Of a DNA stretch of 64,000 nucleotides, positions 25,255 through 39,394 are shown piece by piece. The notes beneath the pieces are model-generated. The model did not search any database. It was not told where the DNA came from and saw only the letters and a list, made by a program, of their open reading frames with translations. This DNA is from Adineta vaga (Eukaryota > Animalia > Rotifera): NCBI GenBank assembly GCA_021613535.1, contig CP075492.1, positions 7,254,001 through 7,318,000 on the forward strand. Direction: 5' to 3'. The position numbers and the translations under genes are program-made. Numbering within the stretch: the stretch's first letter is position 1; every line of letters starts with the position of its first letter.

Positions 25255-28188
25255 ATGACTAGATTCTCTCTGTATCTATTGATATTTCATGCTGTATTGC
25301 TTTTTGAAAATCTTCACGCATCATCACTGTGTTCTTCACCACAACCACGGCATGTTCGAATTGATTATCATGATGTGGATACTCATCATGATCTTGTTGT
25401 TAACACACCTATCTTTTCGTGGACTATTGATAATGAAGAATATCTTTGCAATGGCACGTTGTTACGTGGTATTCATCAAATCGCATATCATATCACTATA
25501 ACACGGATACATAGTTTTTACTTTTCAACAGAAAGTTCTTCTTCTTTGATATACAACTCAGGTCGCATTGTTTCCAATGTATCAATAAATATACTTTGTG
25601 ATAATGCAACATTAATATCGGACACACGATATAAATATTCCATTCAATATTGGTCATCGACAGGTGCAGTCAGTCAACTTGCAATCGGTCAGTTTCGAAC
25701 GGCATTATTCAATCCAAAAAGTGAATTAACAGCAAATTGGATTGGTTCACGCCAGATTAATATGAATGAATTGAGACGTGAATTTTATATTCCACAAAAT
25801 GTACTTTCAGCAACTGTATTTATAAGTGGTATGGGTTACGGTATCTTATATGTCAATGGTATCAATGTTGATCCTTCACGTCGTTTTGATCCTGGTTGGA
25901 CTACGTATACACAACGTGTCCTGTATGTTTCATATGATGTAACGCAATTGTTACAAGGTCAATCTATGAATTGTATTGGTGTACAATTAGGACTTGGATT
26001 CTATACAAACGAACAATGGGGTGGTGGTGTGCCAGCACCAGCACCAGAAGTATTTGGTCCACCAGCACGATTACTCTTACAATTGAATCTACTATTAAGT
26101 GATCATTCAACAATGAACATTAGTACTGATACAAAATGGCTCGGTCGTGAAGGTGCTCATCGTAAAGATAGTATATATATGGGAACATTTTATGATAGTC
26201 GTGCTGAACGTTATAATTGGTCTACTCCTACTTTTAATGATCCCTACAGTCTCTGGTTGAATGCTTCTTCCATTGAATCACCACTATCGTCACCAACTGG
26301 TCAATTGACATATCAAACTATGGATCCGATACGCATTAGTCCATATGCATTACATATTGCTACATCAGCAGCTCGAACTGGTTATAAATCAATGCCATCC
26401 GGTGTTATTGGTGGTAATATCATGGATGGTGGTGTGTTCAATGCAACAGTCATTCCAAATCAACAAGTACCAACTTATGATGTTTCACAGAATATTGCTG
26501 GCTATTGTACATTAACTATTACGGGAAGAAAAGGAATGACTGTATCAACACGACATGCTGAATTATTGAATGCACCTAGTATCAATGGAATTCAATATCA
26601 AGGACTCAATCAAGCGAATTATCAGATTATTACTGCTTCTGATGATTTTATCATTCAAGGTATTTCACACGAAGTATTAGCACCATTATTTACGTATCAT
26701 GGTTTTCGTTATATTTCAATATTTGCTAATTATATTGATATTGAATCAGTTGTATGCGCAGCCATTCATAGTGAAACAAAACTCATTGGCAATTTTACTT
26801 CGTCATCACTCGTACTCAATCAAATTCAACATAATATTCTCTGGTCACAATTGAGTAATATCATGTCAATTGTAACCGATTGCAGTCAACGACAAGAACG
26901 ACGAGGATGGTTAGGTGATGCAGCACTATCTGTCGATGTTGCACTATTTAATTTTGATTTGTATGGATTATACGTCAATACTTTGCAGAATATTGCTGAT
27001 GTTCAACATGAAGATGGATCAATTCCTGATACAGCACCATATGCAGTCGGTGGATATGTCGCAGATCCATCATGGGCTCATGCTTATCCAGAGATTACGT
27101 GGCGTTTGTATCAACATTACAATGATACTGCCATAGTAAAACAACATTATATTGGAATACAAAGATGGGTAGATTATTTGACAAATCGTGCAGAAAAAAG
27201 TGGTCTGGCAAATATGTATTTTGCTTATGGTGACTGGGAAACGCCGGTAAACTATCCAGTAACAAATAGTTCTCTAGTCTCAGCATTTTCATATTTAAGC
27301 GATGTACAAATAATGATTACTCTCTCAAAAATTCTCAATAATCAAACAAATATTGATAAATATAGTAAACTATATGAACAATTAGCAGTCGAATTTCATA
27401 CGGTATTCTACAATCCTCAAGTAAATGGTTATGCCGAAGGATATCAGACAGCCAATACTCTAGCCCTACGACTACCCAATGTTGTTCCCGCTAATCTTCG
27501 TACCTCGATTCTGAAAGCACTTGTAGATAATATTGTTCAACATGCAAATCATTCGACTACAGGTATTGTTGGTACAGCTGCATTATTTCCAATTCTGACC
27601 GAAGCTGGCTATCATGATTTGGCTGTAACTGTGGCTACTCAAATAACATATCCATCCTTTGGTTTTATGTTCAATAATGATGTACAAAATGCGACTACTA
27701 ATTGGGAAACATATCATGCTTTACTCAAAGGTCAAGGAGGTACAGATAGTCTCAATCATCATATGTTTAATAGTATTGGTGCTTGGTTTTATCGATATTT
27801 AGCTGGTATACAATTGAATGGTTTTATTGATGATCTTATTATTCATCCACGACTAACCACATTACTCTTCGATGTAGAAGCAGAAGTATATACTATCAAT
27901 GGACCTATTCTTGTTTCGTGGAAACGAGATATTGATAATAATACAGTTATATATGATATTACTGTACCACATTCATATCATGCTATTGTTACATTCGAAC
28001 CTATGAAATCATCTGCACAATGTATATCAATTGAAGAAAATGGTATACTAATTTGGCAACAATCTTTGCCACCGATAGAAATAAAAGTCCAAGGTATTTT
28101 ATGGGTACGTTCTGATACAAAGATCAAAGGTGCAATGAGTACTCGTATACAGAGTGGTTCGTATCAATGGAAAATACAATGGAATTAA
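25255..28188 (+). CDS. Secreted alpha-L-rhamnosidase (GH78), intronless
   Basis: Signal peptide from ATG 25255; DPGWT.Y..RVLY..YDVT, FTYHGFRY, TDCSQRQERRGWLGD, YGDW, TGIVGT, ATTNWE, SLNHHMF. Confidence 0.93.
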   Translation: MTRFSLYLLIFHAVLLFENLHASSLCSSPQPRHVRIDYHDVDTHHDLVVNTPIFSWTIDNEEYLCNGTLLRGIHQIAYHITITRIHSFYFSTESSSSLIYNSGRIVSNVSINILCDNATLISDTRYKYSIQYWSSTGAVSQLAIGQFRTALFNPKSELTANWIGSRQINMNELRREFYIPQNVLSATVFISGMGYGILYVNGINVDPSRRFDPGWTTYTQRVLYVSYDVTQLLQGQSMNCIGVQLGLGFYTNEQWGGGVPAPAPEVFGPPARLLLQLNLLLSDHSTMNISTDTKWLGREGAHRKDSIYMGTFYDSRAERYNWSTPTFNDPYSLWLNASSIESPLSSPTGQLTYQTMDPIRISPYALHIATSAARTGYKSMPSGVIGGNIMDGGVFNATVIPNQQVPTYDVSQNIAGYCTLTITGRKGMTVSTRHAELLNAPSINGIQYQGLNQANYQIITASDDFIIQGISHEVLAPLFTYHGFRYISIFANYIDIESVVCAAIHSETKLIGNFTSSSLVLNQIQHNILWSQLSNIMSIVTDCSQRQERRGWLGDAALSVDVALFNFDLYGLYVNTLQNIADVQHEDGSIPDTAPYAVGGYVADPSWAHAYPEITWRLYQHYNDTAIVKQHYIGIQRWVDYLTNRAEKSGLANMYFAYGDWETPVNYPVTNSSLVSAFSYLSDVQIMITLSKILNNQTNIDKYSKLYEQLAVEFHTVFYNPQVNGYAEGYQTANTLALRLPNVVPANLRTSILKALVDNIVQHANHSTTGIVGTAALFPILTEAGYHDLAVTVATQITYPSFGFMFNNDVQNATTNWETYHALLKGQGGTDSLNHHMFNSIGAWFYRYLAGIQLNGFIDDLIIHPRLTTLLFDVEAEVYTINGPILVSWKRDIDNNTVIYDITVPHSYHAIVTFEPMKSSAQCISIEENGILIWQQSLPPIEIKVQGILWVRSDTKIKGAMSTRIQSGSYQWKIQWN

Positions 28189-28842
28189 TAAGAAAAACTA
28201 ACGAAGATTTATATCATCAGCAAAGATAGTTATTTTAAATCGTTCTTTTCATTTTAATTTTCTTTGAAATTCTATCTAGTATTTATGACGAAATATTCAA
28301 TTCCTTTTGCAATACATAGACTACGTGTATATGTTATTTAAGGACATTAGAACGAAAAGAAAAAATAGAAATAAAATACATGTGCGTATGTGTAATTATA
28401 GAATGCTAACAGATGAAGAGAAGAACAGAAAAGAAAATTATAAACTCAATGACACAAGTAACAAAGTCTTATTATTAATCTTATCTTTCTCTTTTTTGAT
28501 TCATCAGATATATTTATACGTATGTATATTCCTTCTTTCGTATCATTTTCGATTTATTCATTTTTGCAGAACAGATCTTACTATTTTTTTGAGTTGTTAT
28601 TGGTCCGTATACTACCTCCAATCTAATAATATTATACTTCCTGACTCATACATGAGAGCATGTGATGATAATAGACCGAAAATAGAACCAAAAATCGAAA
28701 CAAATCAACAAATATAATTGGTTGCTTTTGAAATAACATCATTTTTAGTCATCAAACATCGACCGCTGGGTTCATTTGTGATTTTTTTTTCATCGTCATT
28801 CGCGTCTTTATTTCATAACTACTGATACGATTCTATTTTTAG

Positions 28843-31646
28843 ATGACTTTAACTGCGTCCGAACGTACATTTAGAGATATAAGAGATCTCGTATTTAAAC
28901 GCTTTTTTGGAAGATTAATTAGAAAATTATTTGGATTTTATATAACGTTTTTATTCGTCTATATACCATCGTCAATCTATTATGTTGTTACATTAGGAAA
29001 ACCGAATGAAAATTATCAAAAACAACGACGAATTCGTGCGAAACAAGTTGATGAATCGGATCCATTATCACCTTATCGTGCTGTCGAAGTACTCGATAAA
29101 CTTAGAGAACAACCTGAAGAAGGAGTTAATACTCTAGCTGATATTCCAGATTTATGTGCGAAACGTTATGGAGATAAAGAAACAATGGGTGTTCGAGAAG
29201 TGACCGGTGTTGAGGAAGAAAAACAACCAAATGGAAAAGTTTTCAAAAAGGTTTGTTGATTTCTTTCTTCAACATCTTGTATTTATTTCGATTCGAATTA
29301 AATATTTAGTTTTCATTTGGTGAATATCAATTTACAACATATCGACAAGCATGTGCTCGTATTGATGCCATTGGCCGTGGTTTACTTTCATTAGATACTA
29401 AACCTGGTGATAAAATATTGATTTTTTCAGAAACACGTCCCGAATGGTTATTAACTGCATTTGCTGGTTTTCGACATAGTTTAACTGTGGTAACACTTCT
29501 ACCAACATTAGATGACGAAGGTATCAAACATGGAATTAATGAAACAAACATAAAAACAATTATTACATCACAAGATCTTCTTTCAAAACTTGATGTAAGA
29601 AACATGAATAGATGGAATGTAGAAGATGAACTTTGTTTGTTTAGAAAATATTAGATGAAACAGAAAAAGTTCGTCATGTTATTTACTTTCCAGCTCGAGC
29701 AAAAGTTGATCGTGAGAAAAAACCGAAAGAGAAAACGAATATTCAATTTATTCCAATAGAAAAATTAGAGAAACAAGGAAAAGAAGCAAATATTGGTAAA
29801 TTGTATTGTTTTATTCGTTTCGATTTTGTCTTTATTATTTCATTTAGATGAAGAAATTTTGAAAAAACGACCTAAGAAAGAAGATATTGCTGTTATTATG
29901 TATACAAGTGGAAGTACTGGACCACCCAAAGGTATTTTAAACACTTGTTTTGAAAACAAGTTGTACTATTCATTTGATTTATGTTTGTAGGAGCATCTAT
30001 TCGACATGAAAGTGTGATTGCTGCAATAACTGGTCAAAAGGAACGTGCGTTTACAATAGTTGATGTCGAAAATGATATCTTCATTTGTTATTTACCATTG
30101 GGTCATATTTTTGAACTATGTTGTGGTTTGTTCATCTCATTGAAATTAGTTACGAAAGATGAATATTTTTATTAATTTAGAAATTTTGGTATTCTATGGT
30201 GGTGTCAAATCTGGTTATAGTTCTCCTCAAACGTTAACTGATCAATCAACCATGGTTAAAAAAGGTGAAAAAGGTGATTTACAAGTTCTTCGACCAAGTA
30301 TAATGAATTGTGTTCCTGTAAGATGAATTTCTTTTCAAAAGTTAATCATGTTTTGTTTGTTGTCTATTAGACCATTCTTGAACGTATTCAACAAACAGTC
30401 TATGGAAAACTAAAACAATCCAATTTTTTTCTCCGTCAACTTTTCAATCTTGCTTATACAATCAAAGTAAAGCGTTTAGAAGCTGGTTTACCAACACCAA
30501 TTCTTGATTTGTAAAATTGTTTTCTTTATTTATTCTATTGTGAACTTGAATATATATATATTTAGTTTGATGTTTTCACGTTTCAATAAAATGGTTCTTG
30601 GCGGTCGTACAAAAGCATTATTATCTGGTGGTGCAATTTTAGCTGATGTTACTCAACGATTTGCTGAATGTGTTTTATGTGTTCATGTTTTTCAAGGTTA
30701 CGGTCTCACAGAAACATGTGCTGGTGGAACTATTGCTGATGGTAATACTTTATTTATCTTCAATACACTAATTAATTGAAACATATTCTATTTAGAATAT
30801 GATATTACTGTTGGTCGAACGGGATATCCGATTGTATCAAGTGAATTTCGTTTAATTGATTGGGAAGAAGGAAAATATAAAACAACAGATAAACCAAATC
30901 CACGAGGTGAAGTTCTTATTGGTGGAAAAGTTGTTGTCGATTCATATTTTGGTGATGCAGCAAAAGAAAATGATAGTTTTAAAGACATTGATGGAACGAA
31001 ATATTTCTATACAGGAGATATTGGAGAAGTTTTTCCTGATGGAACATTGAAAATTATTGGTATGTTAAGTTTTATCGTTTAAAGAAGTTAACATTTCGAC
31101 AAGTTTTCATTTAGATCGAAAGAAAGATGTAGTAAAATTACAAAATGGAGAATTTGTTTCATTAGCTAAAATTGAAATGGCAGTAAAGAAATTATTATTT
31201 GTTGATAATTGTTGTGCGTGTGCATCTTCTTCAGCTGAATTTACAGTTGCTTTAGTTTGTCCCAATCCAAAAGAAATCTCAGTAAGTTCATTGAAAATTA
31301 TGATTTGTTATGTTTGACTGTTGTGTAGATGTATGCAGAAAAACATTTCAATGAAAAAGATTGGAAAAAAATTGCTGATGATGACGATTTCAATGATGAA
31401 ATTCTTCGAAAAGTACAAGATATTTGTCGAAAAGATAAATGTCAAAGTTTTGAAATACCAAAACGTATTAAAATTGTTCAAGATAGTTGGTCACCAGAAA
31501 GTGGTTTAGTTAATGATGCACTTAAATTAAAACGAAAAGCAATTGGAGAAAAATATAAAGATGATATTAAGAAACTTTATAAAGAGAAATCCAGTGAGAC
31601 AAAGAAGAAGCCAAGAAAAGATGGCGATGAGAAGAAACAAGATTAA
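28843..31646 (+). CDS. Long-chain fatty-acid-CoA ligase (ACSL3/4-like), about 11 exons; start uncertain
   Basis: IMYTSGSTGPPKG, YLPLGHIFEL, QGYGLTETC, PRGEVLIGG, FYTGDIG, IIDRKKDVVKLQNGE, ALKLKRK, separated by short GT-AG introns. Confidence 0.93.
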
Positions 31647-31829
31647 GCATTAACATAGAAGCAAAAATGTATTTTTTGTGTTTTATTTTTATTTTATTTC
31701 CGCGTTTGACATTCGTTCTATATTTTCTCATTAGATTAACGTTTCTAAGTGTATTTTCTACGATTGAATATAAAACATTTCTCTGTTTATTATTTGTGTT
31801 TGTATTTTCATCTTTGAACAAATTTGTTT

Positions 31830-34800
31830 TTATACTATGTTTGGTTTCATAAAAACAAACACTGTGAAAATCATCATCGATCTAGATACAATCAAATTAA
31901 TACCACATCCAGATGTTACCGTTGTTGTTATTGTTGTTGTCGATACAGTCGTTCGAAGTGTTATCCATATACTGGGACACCCTCCTACCGTCGAATGAGC
32001 TGATGCAATTGCTGAATTCATGTCTAAATAATATCCATTTGACATGACATGTCTTATACATCCACTGAATGTATTGACTTGTGTTAAACTTGGATAAAGA
32101 CCCGATATTAATGAACCTGTAACTGGTAAACCGCCAAGATATAATTGAACATTAGATAAACCATATGTATTTAATGTTGAATTAAAACCTTGTAATACAT
32201 ATTGACAATCATTAACTGTTACAAGAATCAATGAATCAACATACTAGCAAGAAGAAGAATTAGAAATGATGAGTTTTAAATGAACGAATACATACTTGAT
32301 ATTCAACATGATACCATGTTGATGCATTGATAACTGTATTTGTTGCATCGAGTATTCTATCACGAAAATGAAATCTTAATCTTGATTGATAGATTTCAAC
32401 AGCTATCCAAAAGAAATCATTGATATCTGTTATATTACGTCCATATAACAAAATTAAACTATCGACTACTGCTGGTCGAATAGTAAAATCAAATGAAAAA
32501 CGTGTTGGAGCACGATTTGAAAAATACATTCCATCAAAAACAGCATATCCATCACCATTAGCATGAAATGTTCTTCCAAGAACTTGACAATAAGGACCAA
32601 GTGGAGCATAAGCTTGTAATGAGGTGCATGGACAATAAGTAAAATTATTGAATGAATATGTTGTACAACCAGCTTGTGTATTAGTAAAATTAAGTGAATA
32701 AGTAGAATTGACACAATCAGCAGAATCAACGACATTAATACCAATAAAGGATGTTTGATTTGTATCAATAGCATATGGTAATGGTTGAATAGTTCGTGTT
32801 GGACGACAAACAGTATCTGAAAAAAGAAGATTTTCTCTAAATTGAATTGATTTTTTTAGAAATAATTCTTACCAGCTGGACAAACATAATTTGTACATGG
32901 ATTTGGTCCACTAGCACTTGCTGTAATACCATAACTCGATGAAAATCGAGCAAGATTAGTATTAATAGTATTTTCAATATCACTTTTAGCTAAGGAAGAT
33001 ATATAAAAAACAACATCTGTTAATGCTTGTTGTTTTGCTTGATCAAATGGTAAAGGTGGATAATATGGACTACGATATCGAAAAACAGGACGAATGGCAA
33101 GAATATTGATAGAATCAGCAGTGACAAGTAAAATTGATGCCAAAGCATTTCGAAGAACATTCAAGCGATTACCAAGTGTTGGATCGATTAATGTTTCAGG
33201 ATATTCACCTAGGAAAAACAAAAATAGAGCTTTTTAACTAGAAATTGATTAGAAATATTACCTTGAATACGAATAGTTGCTGCTTTTCGAACCCATTCAG
33301 TATCAACACTTTGAACTCCGAGTTCAACTGTACCGACAGCTGAAGAAGGTACATTTGGTTTTGTTACATCCACGATTACGGTCGATGTTCCTGGATAAAG
33401 TGCATCCGGTGTTCTTAAATATCCTTGTGTTGCCGTAAACGATTGTCCATTACTAGAAGATCTAACAGAATATGTTCTACTAGCTCGAAACCAATCATCT
33501 GGATCATTAACATAAATTGAACCAAGTGCAACATTTCGTAATGAATTTATATAACCATTAGCATAAATAACACTAATCGTTTTATAGCCATTGGAAATCG
33601 GATAGTTATTTAAAACATCTCCAACAATAATTGGAATTGTTGATATTGCTGAGAAACCTTTGTTATCACTGGCTTTAAATGTGACCGTTAAATTTTTTGT
33701 AGCAGTTCGATTTAAAACACCATTGTAAGTTAATCGATATGAACTATTATAACTCAAAGTTGGTCCAGATAACGAAAATGTTGATGGAGATAAAATTTCT
33801 ACTTGAAAAGGTACAGTATTATTCTGTGCTGGATCATCATAATCAGTAAATATCACTGTAGTACTTGGATTTACAACACCTTCTGTTAAAATCCATGGTG
33901 GATTCTAAATATCAAAACGATTTTTTCGTAAAAAAGAGAAACTGTTTATTCCTAAGCAAACTTCTTACTGTTGGTATTGGCGCATTATTATTTGTATCGA
34001 TGACTGTGATACTAACTGGTGCATAACTTGAAACACCTAATCCATCTTCATCAGTAACACGCATGGTAAAATTATAGATTGGAGCACCAAATGGTAAATC
34101 ACGAGAAAGACCCGGTGCTGCTATGCCAATAGTTGTCTGATTACTTGCTTGATTTAGATATAGGCTATTGAGATTCAATTGATTACTTTGAGTAACAATA
34201 GCATACACAAGTGATGTCGCTGGAATATCAGGATCAGTGGCACGAATCTAAATATCAAAGATATAGATATGAACATTCTTTTGTTATACTATAATTTAAT
34301 CAAATGAAACAATAGGTTTGTAAGGTCATACGCTTCGTATCTTGCTGACATTTCAATATGACAATAGAAAAGATATCCTTGTGAACAAATTAATCTTCAG
34401 CTTATTGAATTCATTCGTAATGACATTAATCTTTTTTTTCTCACTTTACTAATAAGTCCTGAATATACATATATGAAACTTCAAAGTTGAAGGATACTGA
34501 AGAGTTCAAACATTTTTGTAAATATTACTTACCACTGGCCCATTGAGAACAGAAATAGCAGTTCCTTCTTCGACTGCATATTGGTAGGAAGTAAAACCGG
34601 GCATTAAATTAAAATAAGGTGCTCGTGTATTTTGTGGTATTAGAAGAATATTCACTGTCAATGTTGCTAAATTCTGTGTATCAAATGCTGTCAATACCAA
34701 TGTGTAATTAGGTGTTACTTCATAACTCAACGGTCCAACAACATAAAGTTGACCTATTGCTTGATATTGTGTACGAGATGTATCAGCAACATTATCTGAT

Positions 34801-37800
34801 AACAACTGAAAGGTGAATGCATTCTTGGTATTACCACTCAATATTCCAAAATCCAATATAGTATCAAAATCTGTATCTGTAACTGTTAAATTGAGTATAC
34901 CAGTACCATTTAACGTTGTTTCATTGATAGAAATAGTGATTGATGTTGAATTGACAAAAACTATTGAAAACAAAAGAATTGAAATTTATAAAAAAAACAT
35001 ATCTTTGAAAGCTAAATAAAATTGCTTTACCTGGTGGAACATCATTTACATCAATAACTTGGATATCAAATTGAAAATCTTGTGTATTGGGTGTTATTGA
35101 ATTCCATGCTGGTGCACCGTCAGACGCAGTAATAAATATACGATAGAGTGTCTTATTACTTTCACGATCGAACGTTGCATTTGTCCATATCGTTCCATTA
35201 GAAGCAACAAAAAAGTTTCCAAGTGCTTCTGAATCACTCAAATTTCTATTTAATGCATAACTAACAGAACTATAAGCAGGATCGACATCACGATCAAATG
35301 CTTGAATTTGAGCAATAACGCGATTTCCACTCTCATTTTCGACAACACTCAAAACAATTGAACGAATATCAAATGTTGGAGTTTGGTCATTCTGATCAAT
35401 TAATGTAATTGTTGTTGAACCAATTAATGGAGGATTTACAAGAACACGAATGTATATTAAATAAAGACTTTGAATTTCAGCATGAAGACCACTAGTAACA
35501 ACAATACCACTACTGAAAAGATTTCCATTTCGTAATACTGGTACATCACTAAATGGTATGTATGTATTTGGAAATGGACTACTAACAGTCATAATCGACG
35601 ATGTTGTTGATGTTAATAGATAACTGATGGTTCCATTGAATCCATATGCTGTATTAAATATGGGTCGATTTCCATAGGTTTCATAATATTTTTCAATAAT
35701 TGGAAAATTTAATTCTTCATAAACTGGATCAACCCATCTTGCTGGTGGTGGATCATTATCATTGTTATAATAGATTGTTACTGTAGCATTTGTTTCACTC
35801 GTACGTTGAGGTGAACCACGATCTTGTGCATAGACTTGAAATGTTATTGGAAATTGACTAACATTTAAATTATAGATACCAGGAACACTACTACGAAGAA
35901 TAATTGTTCCGGTAGTTTGATTGATCGTAAAATATGGAACATTAACTGTTCCAATATAATAATTAATCATTCCATTTAAACCTGAATCAGCATCTGAAGC
36001 AATAATACGTAAGAAACGAGCACTATTCGAATTGCCAGTAGTTGAACGATAGATAGTATAATTCCAGTTTGTCATAATAAATACTAAACGAAATCATTTT
36101 CATGAAAGCAAAAAATATTTCATTAGTACTTGATCTTACCTGGTGGATTATCGTTCAAATCAAGTAGATTAATACGTAAACTACAGAACGCTAAAGAAAA
36201 TATTGGCAATAGAAAGAATTTGAATTAAATTGAATAAATAAAAACTTACATTGTCGCTGTGGTGTACCATTATCAGTAGCTAATATGAACAAATACCAAA
36301 CTCGTGGAGTACCTTAAATCATCACAATTCATGTCTTTATAACCTTGTTCATATATAAAATTCGGTTCACTATTTTTCGCTTCGATAACTCTTGTTTAAC
36401 AACACGGTCAATGATCAGAAAAATTTAAAGCTTGATTGACTCTTCAGTTAATGACGCTTTTTAACACTCGGAAATTTCTTACGTAAACAAAACTTTTCTT
36501 ATGAAAGAATTACATCAATTGAAAATACATTCATATCGATTTTTTTTTGTTAAAGAAAATGAATATGTTTTCGTTCTCTATTGAAAACTGTACGGAGTAA
36601 CGAAGATTTGCATATTACGAAAAAAAATGGAATCAATCTTACCTGGTGCATCATAATCAAATGAAACATTCGTTCGTAATATTGCCGTACGAGTAGTATT
36701 CGTTTGTGATATTTGTTGAAGATAAAATTGTGAATAAGCTGTATTTCTCAAACCACTCACTTGAAAAAGAAAAAACTCGATAGATAATCAATAGAATGGA
36801 AAATGAATAATAATTTACCTGTTGTTCGTGCTTGTTCTGATGGAAATGATATTGTTACTTGTCCATTTTCTCCTCTATCATCATCGAATACCGATATGGT
36901 GGTAATATTTGCTCCGATTGAATTACTTTCATAAAAAGAAACTGCTGAACCACAAATATTATTAAGAAATTGTGGTGATCGTTTATTAACAGCTGTAACA
37001 TTGAGTTATAATTATCGTCGTTGAAAATCGTGGACATGCTGGACGTGTTGGTAAACATGATGAGCCATCATCATAGCAGTTACAGTAACAAAATATTGTG
37101 CAGCAGCGGATGATTGAAATGATTGTTGTAATTGTAAAACACCCGTTGTTGCATCAATGGAAAACTGACTACTAATCATCGAATAAGTAATTCCATCACC
37201 ATCAGGATCTGTTGCAAAAACAGTACCAAATAGTGAACCAACCGCTGCCGTTTCACTGACTGAGAATGTTTGATTCGATGGTGTGAAGTATGGTGGATGA
37301 ACATTATAATTTTCAAGACTGATTTGAACGAGTGCTGTTGAACTAACTGATGGTCGATTAGAATAGGTTTGAGTCGCAATTAAATTGAATAAATAACGAT
37401 TATAAGGTGTAAAGTAATTCAATAGACTAGATGAAAGAGAGAAATACGTTAGATACATTTGATTGTTATAAGTAACTTACTAAGTATTAGTGACAAGGGC
37501 ATAGGAACCATTTGATAAAGTAGTAACAGCAAAATTTGGATTGCCTGATGTCACTGTTATAATTCCTGAGGTAAAATTAAGTGCTCGACCAGTGACAGAC
37601 GTGGAAACAAAACTTGGTCGAGTAAAATCGGTCTGTGGTTGAACATTAAATGTAAAGACCTGTGTACCATTTGAAGATGCAACAGAGAAATTTGAAACTG
37701 TTGTGACATAAACAGATTGATCGAAGAGAGGACCAGCAAAATTTGCATTGTAGAAAAAATCTGGTATATCATTTTGACAAGTTTGTCCAATGATAGGACT

Positions 37801-37872
37801 CAATTGGGTTACGATTAAAATAATCAAAGTATGAAATAAGAAATGTAGCTTATATTTATTGAAATAAAACAT
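31830..37872 (-). CDS. Cadherin-repeat protein with non-chordate cadherin, Cys-rich and laminin-G modules, ending in a Thr-rich stalk and hydrophobic tail; two compensating frameshifts at ~37073 and ~37005
   Basis: Signal peptide; repeated A.D.D, FDRE/YE and D.ND..P.F motifs; GSIYVNDPDDW; CQVLGRTF...GYA; LamG LYLGGLP..FSGCIR; stop at 31830 with no cytoplasmic domain. Confidence 0.85.
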
Positions 37873-38447
37873 TCTATATCTGAAAATAAGTCAATAACTT
37901 TAACTATTCTTAGTAGGAAATGCGAAAGAACATTTAATGTTTGCACAAAAATAACTGTATCCAATCATTGGTTATTTGAAAATTGTATTCTATTTTACCT
38001 GTAGATTTCCACGTCTGTTTATATGAATAAAATTACAATCAGTCGATAGTATAAATTCTTGTAACAGTAATTCTATTGAATTTACTAGAATACGGTTTTA
38101 TCAATTATAAATCGACGAAAACATTTAATATAAAACATCCTGCCGTACGACAAAAAATAGGAAGATTTTATAACAAAAATATGTTTGTCCGTTCTTAATT
38201 TTATGCCATTGAATTCTTATTTTCGTCTATGTTAATCTCGAAATGTAAAACGATACTTCACCTGTATGACGCACTTTGTTATTCCGGAAATAAATATTTA
38301 TATTTCTACGACTTGTTGTTATTCCTCTTAAGTAAAGAGATTATTCACGCTTGCTTTAGGTATTTTTGTATATAAAAAAAATATTATTTAATATGAAATA
38401 GTCATTGAGTAAAAAATATTTCTATTTGAAAAAAGTTCACAAGATAC

Positions 38448-39214
38448 TCAGTACTCAGGCATGTCTTCAATGCCATATTTGGCTAGTTTATGTATAATTT
38501 CTTGTAAATCTGTATTTGCATGTTCGAGTTTTTCATATTCAATACTGAGCACATTTGAAGCATCGATATGAATCTGTTTCATTTCACCCATTATCAGTCT
38601 ATCGACGACTAGAGGTTTCGCTGTTTGTAATGTCACATTCCATCGTTTAATATCGTCTAGTGCAATATTCCATCGATGTATATCGGGCTCCAAATAATCA
38701 CCTGATCTCATCCTTGCTTGCAGTTGTTCACTAATTGTTGATAGACGGTCCTTTAATTGTTTAAAACCTTTTGTAATCGCAGTGATATCAGCATCTACAC
38801 GACGTTGATTTTCTTCCATGATTTGTCGAATAACATTTCGAGTCCGATCAGCTTCTTGTGTAATTTGTTTTGTAATTTGTGCTATAGTGCGATCTTTCCA
38901 CGTATCAATAAGATTGAATTCACGAACATAAGTAGGAAGATCACCTGTTAAAGTATCATGCGGTTTATCAAGTTCTTCATGAAGCAGATCATGAATACTG
39001 ATGAGTGCTTCCATTTGTATTGTAAGTTGCTGATGATGCGTAGTGAGATGTGGCAAACAAAATGATTGATTACCTACAAAAACTCAGATAATACTTGAAC
39101 AAATAAGAAGAAGAAGAAGAAGAATAGTTCAGACTAACATCCATCACAGGTAGCAATCGATGACTTTTCACATGGTTTTGATTCGACTGTAATATTACAT
39201 TTCTTTGATGCCAT
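38448..39214 (-). CDS. B-box-like Zn-finger + coiled-coil protein (exons 39214-39139, 39073-38448)
   Basis: Splicing gives C..C..CDGCNQSFCLPHLTTHHQQL, then a coiled coil with IDTWK..TI..I...A and DYLEPDIHRW. Confidence 0.78.
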
Positions 39215-39394
39215 GTAAGAAATTGTTGTTGCTTTTTTCTCAAATATAACGATAACACAACCAAAAGAAATCGTAATTGTTTAGTGATACATTAAAGACA
39301 ACATAAGCAAACAAAGATATTCGTCTTTTCTTACTATCGGATGACTCGACAACATATTTGCTTTCGAAGATGTTGTTTATCCAAAGTTAACTTT

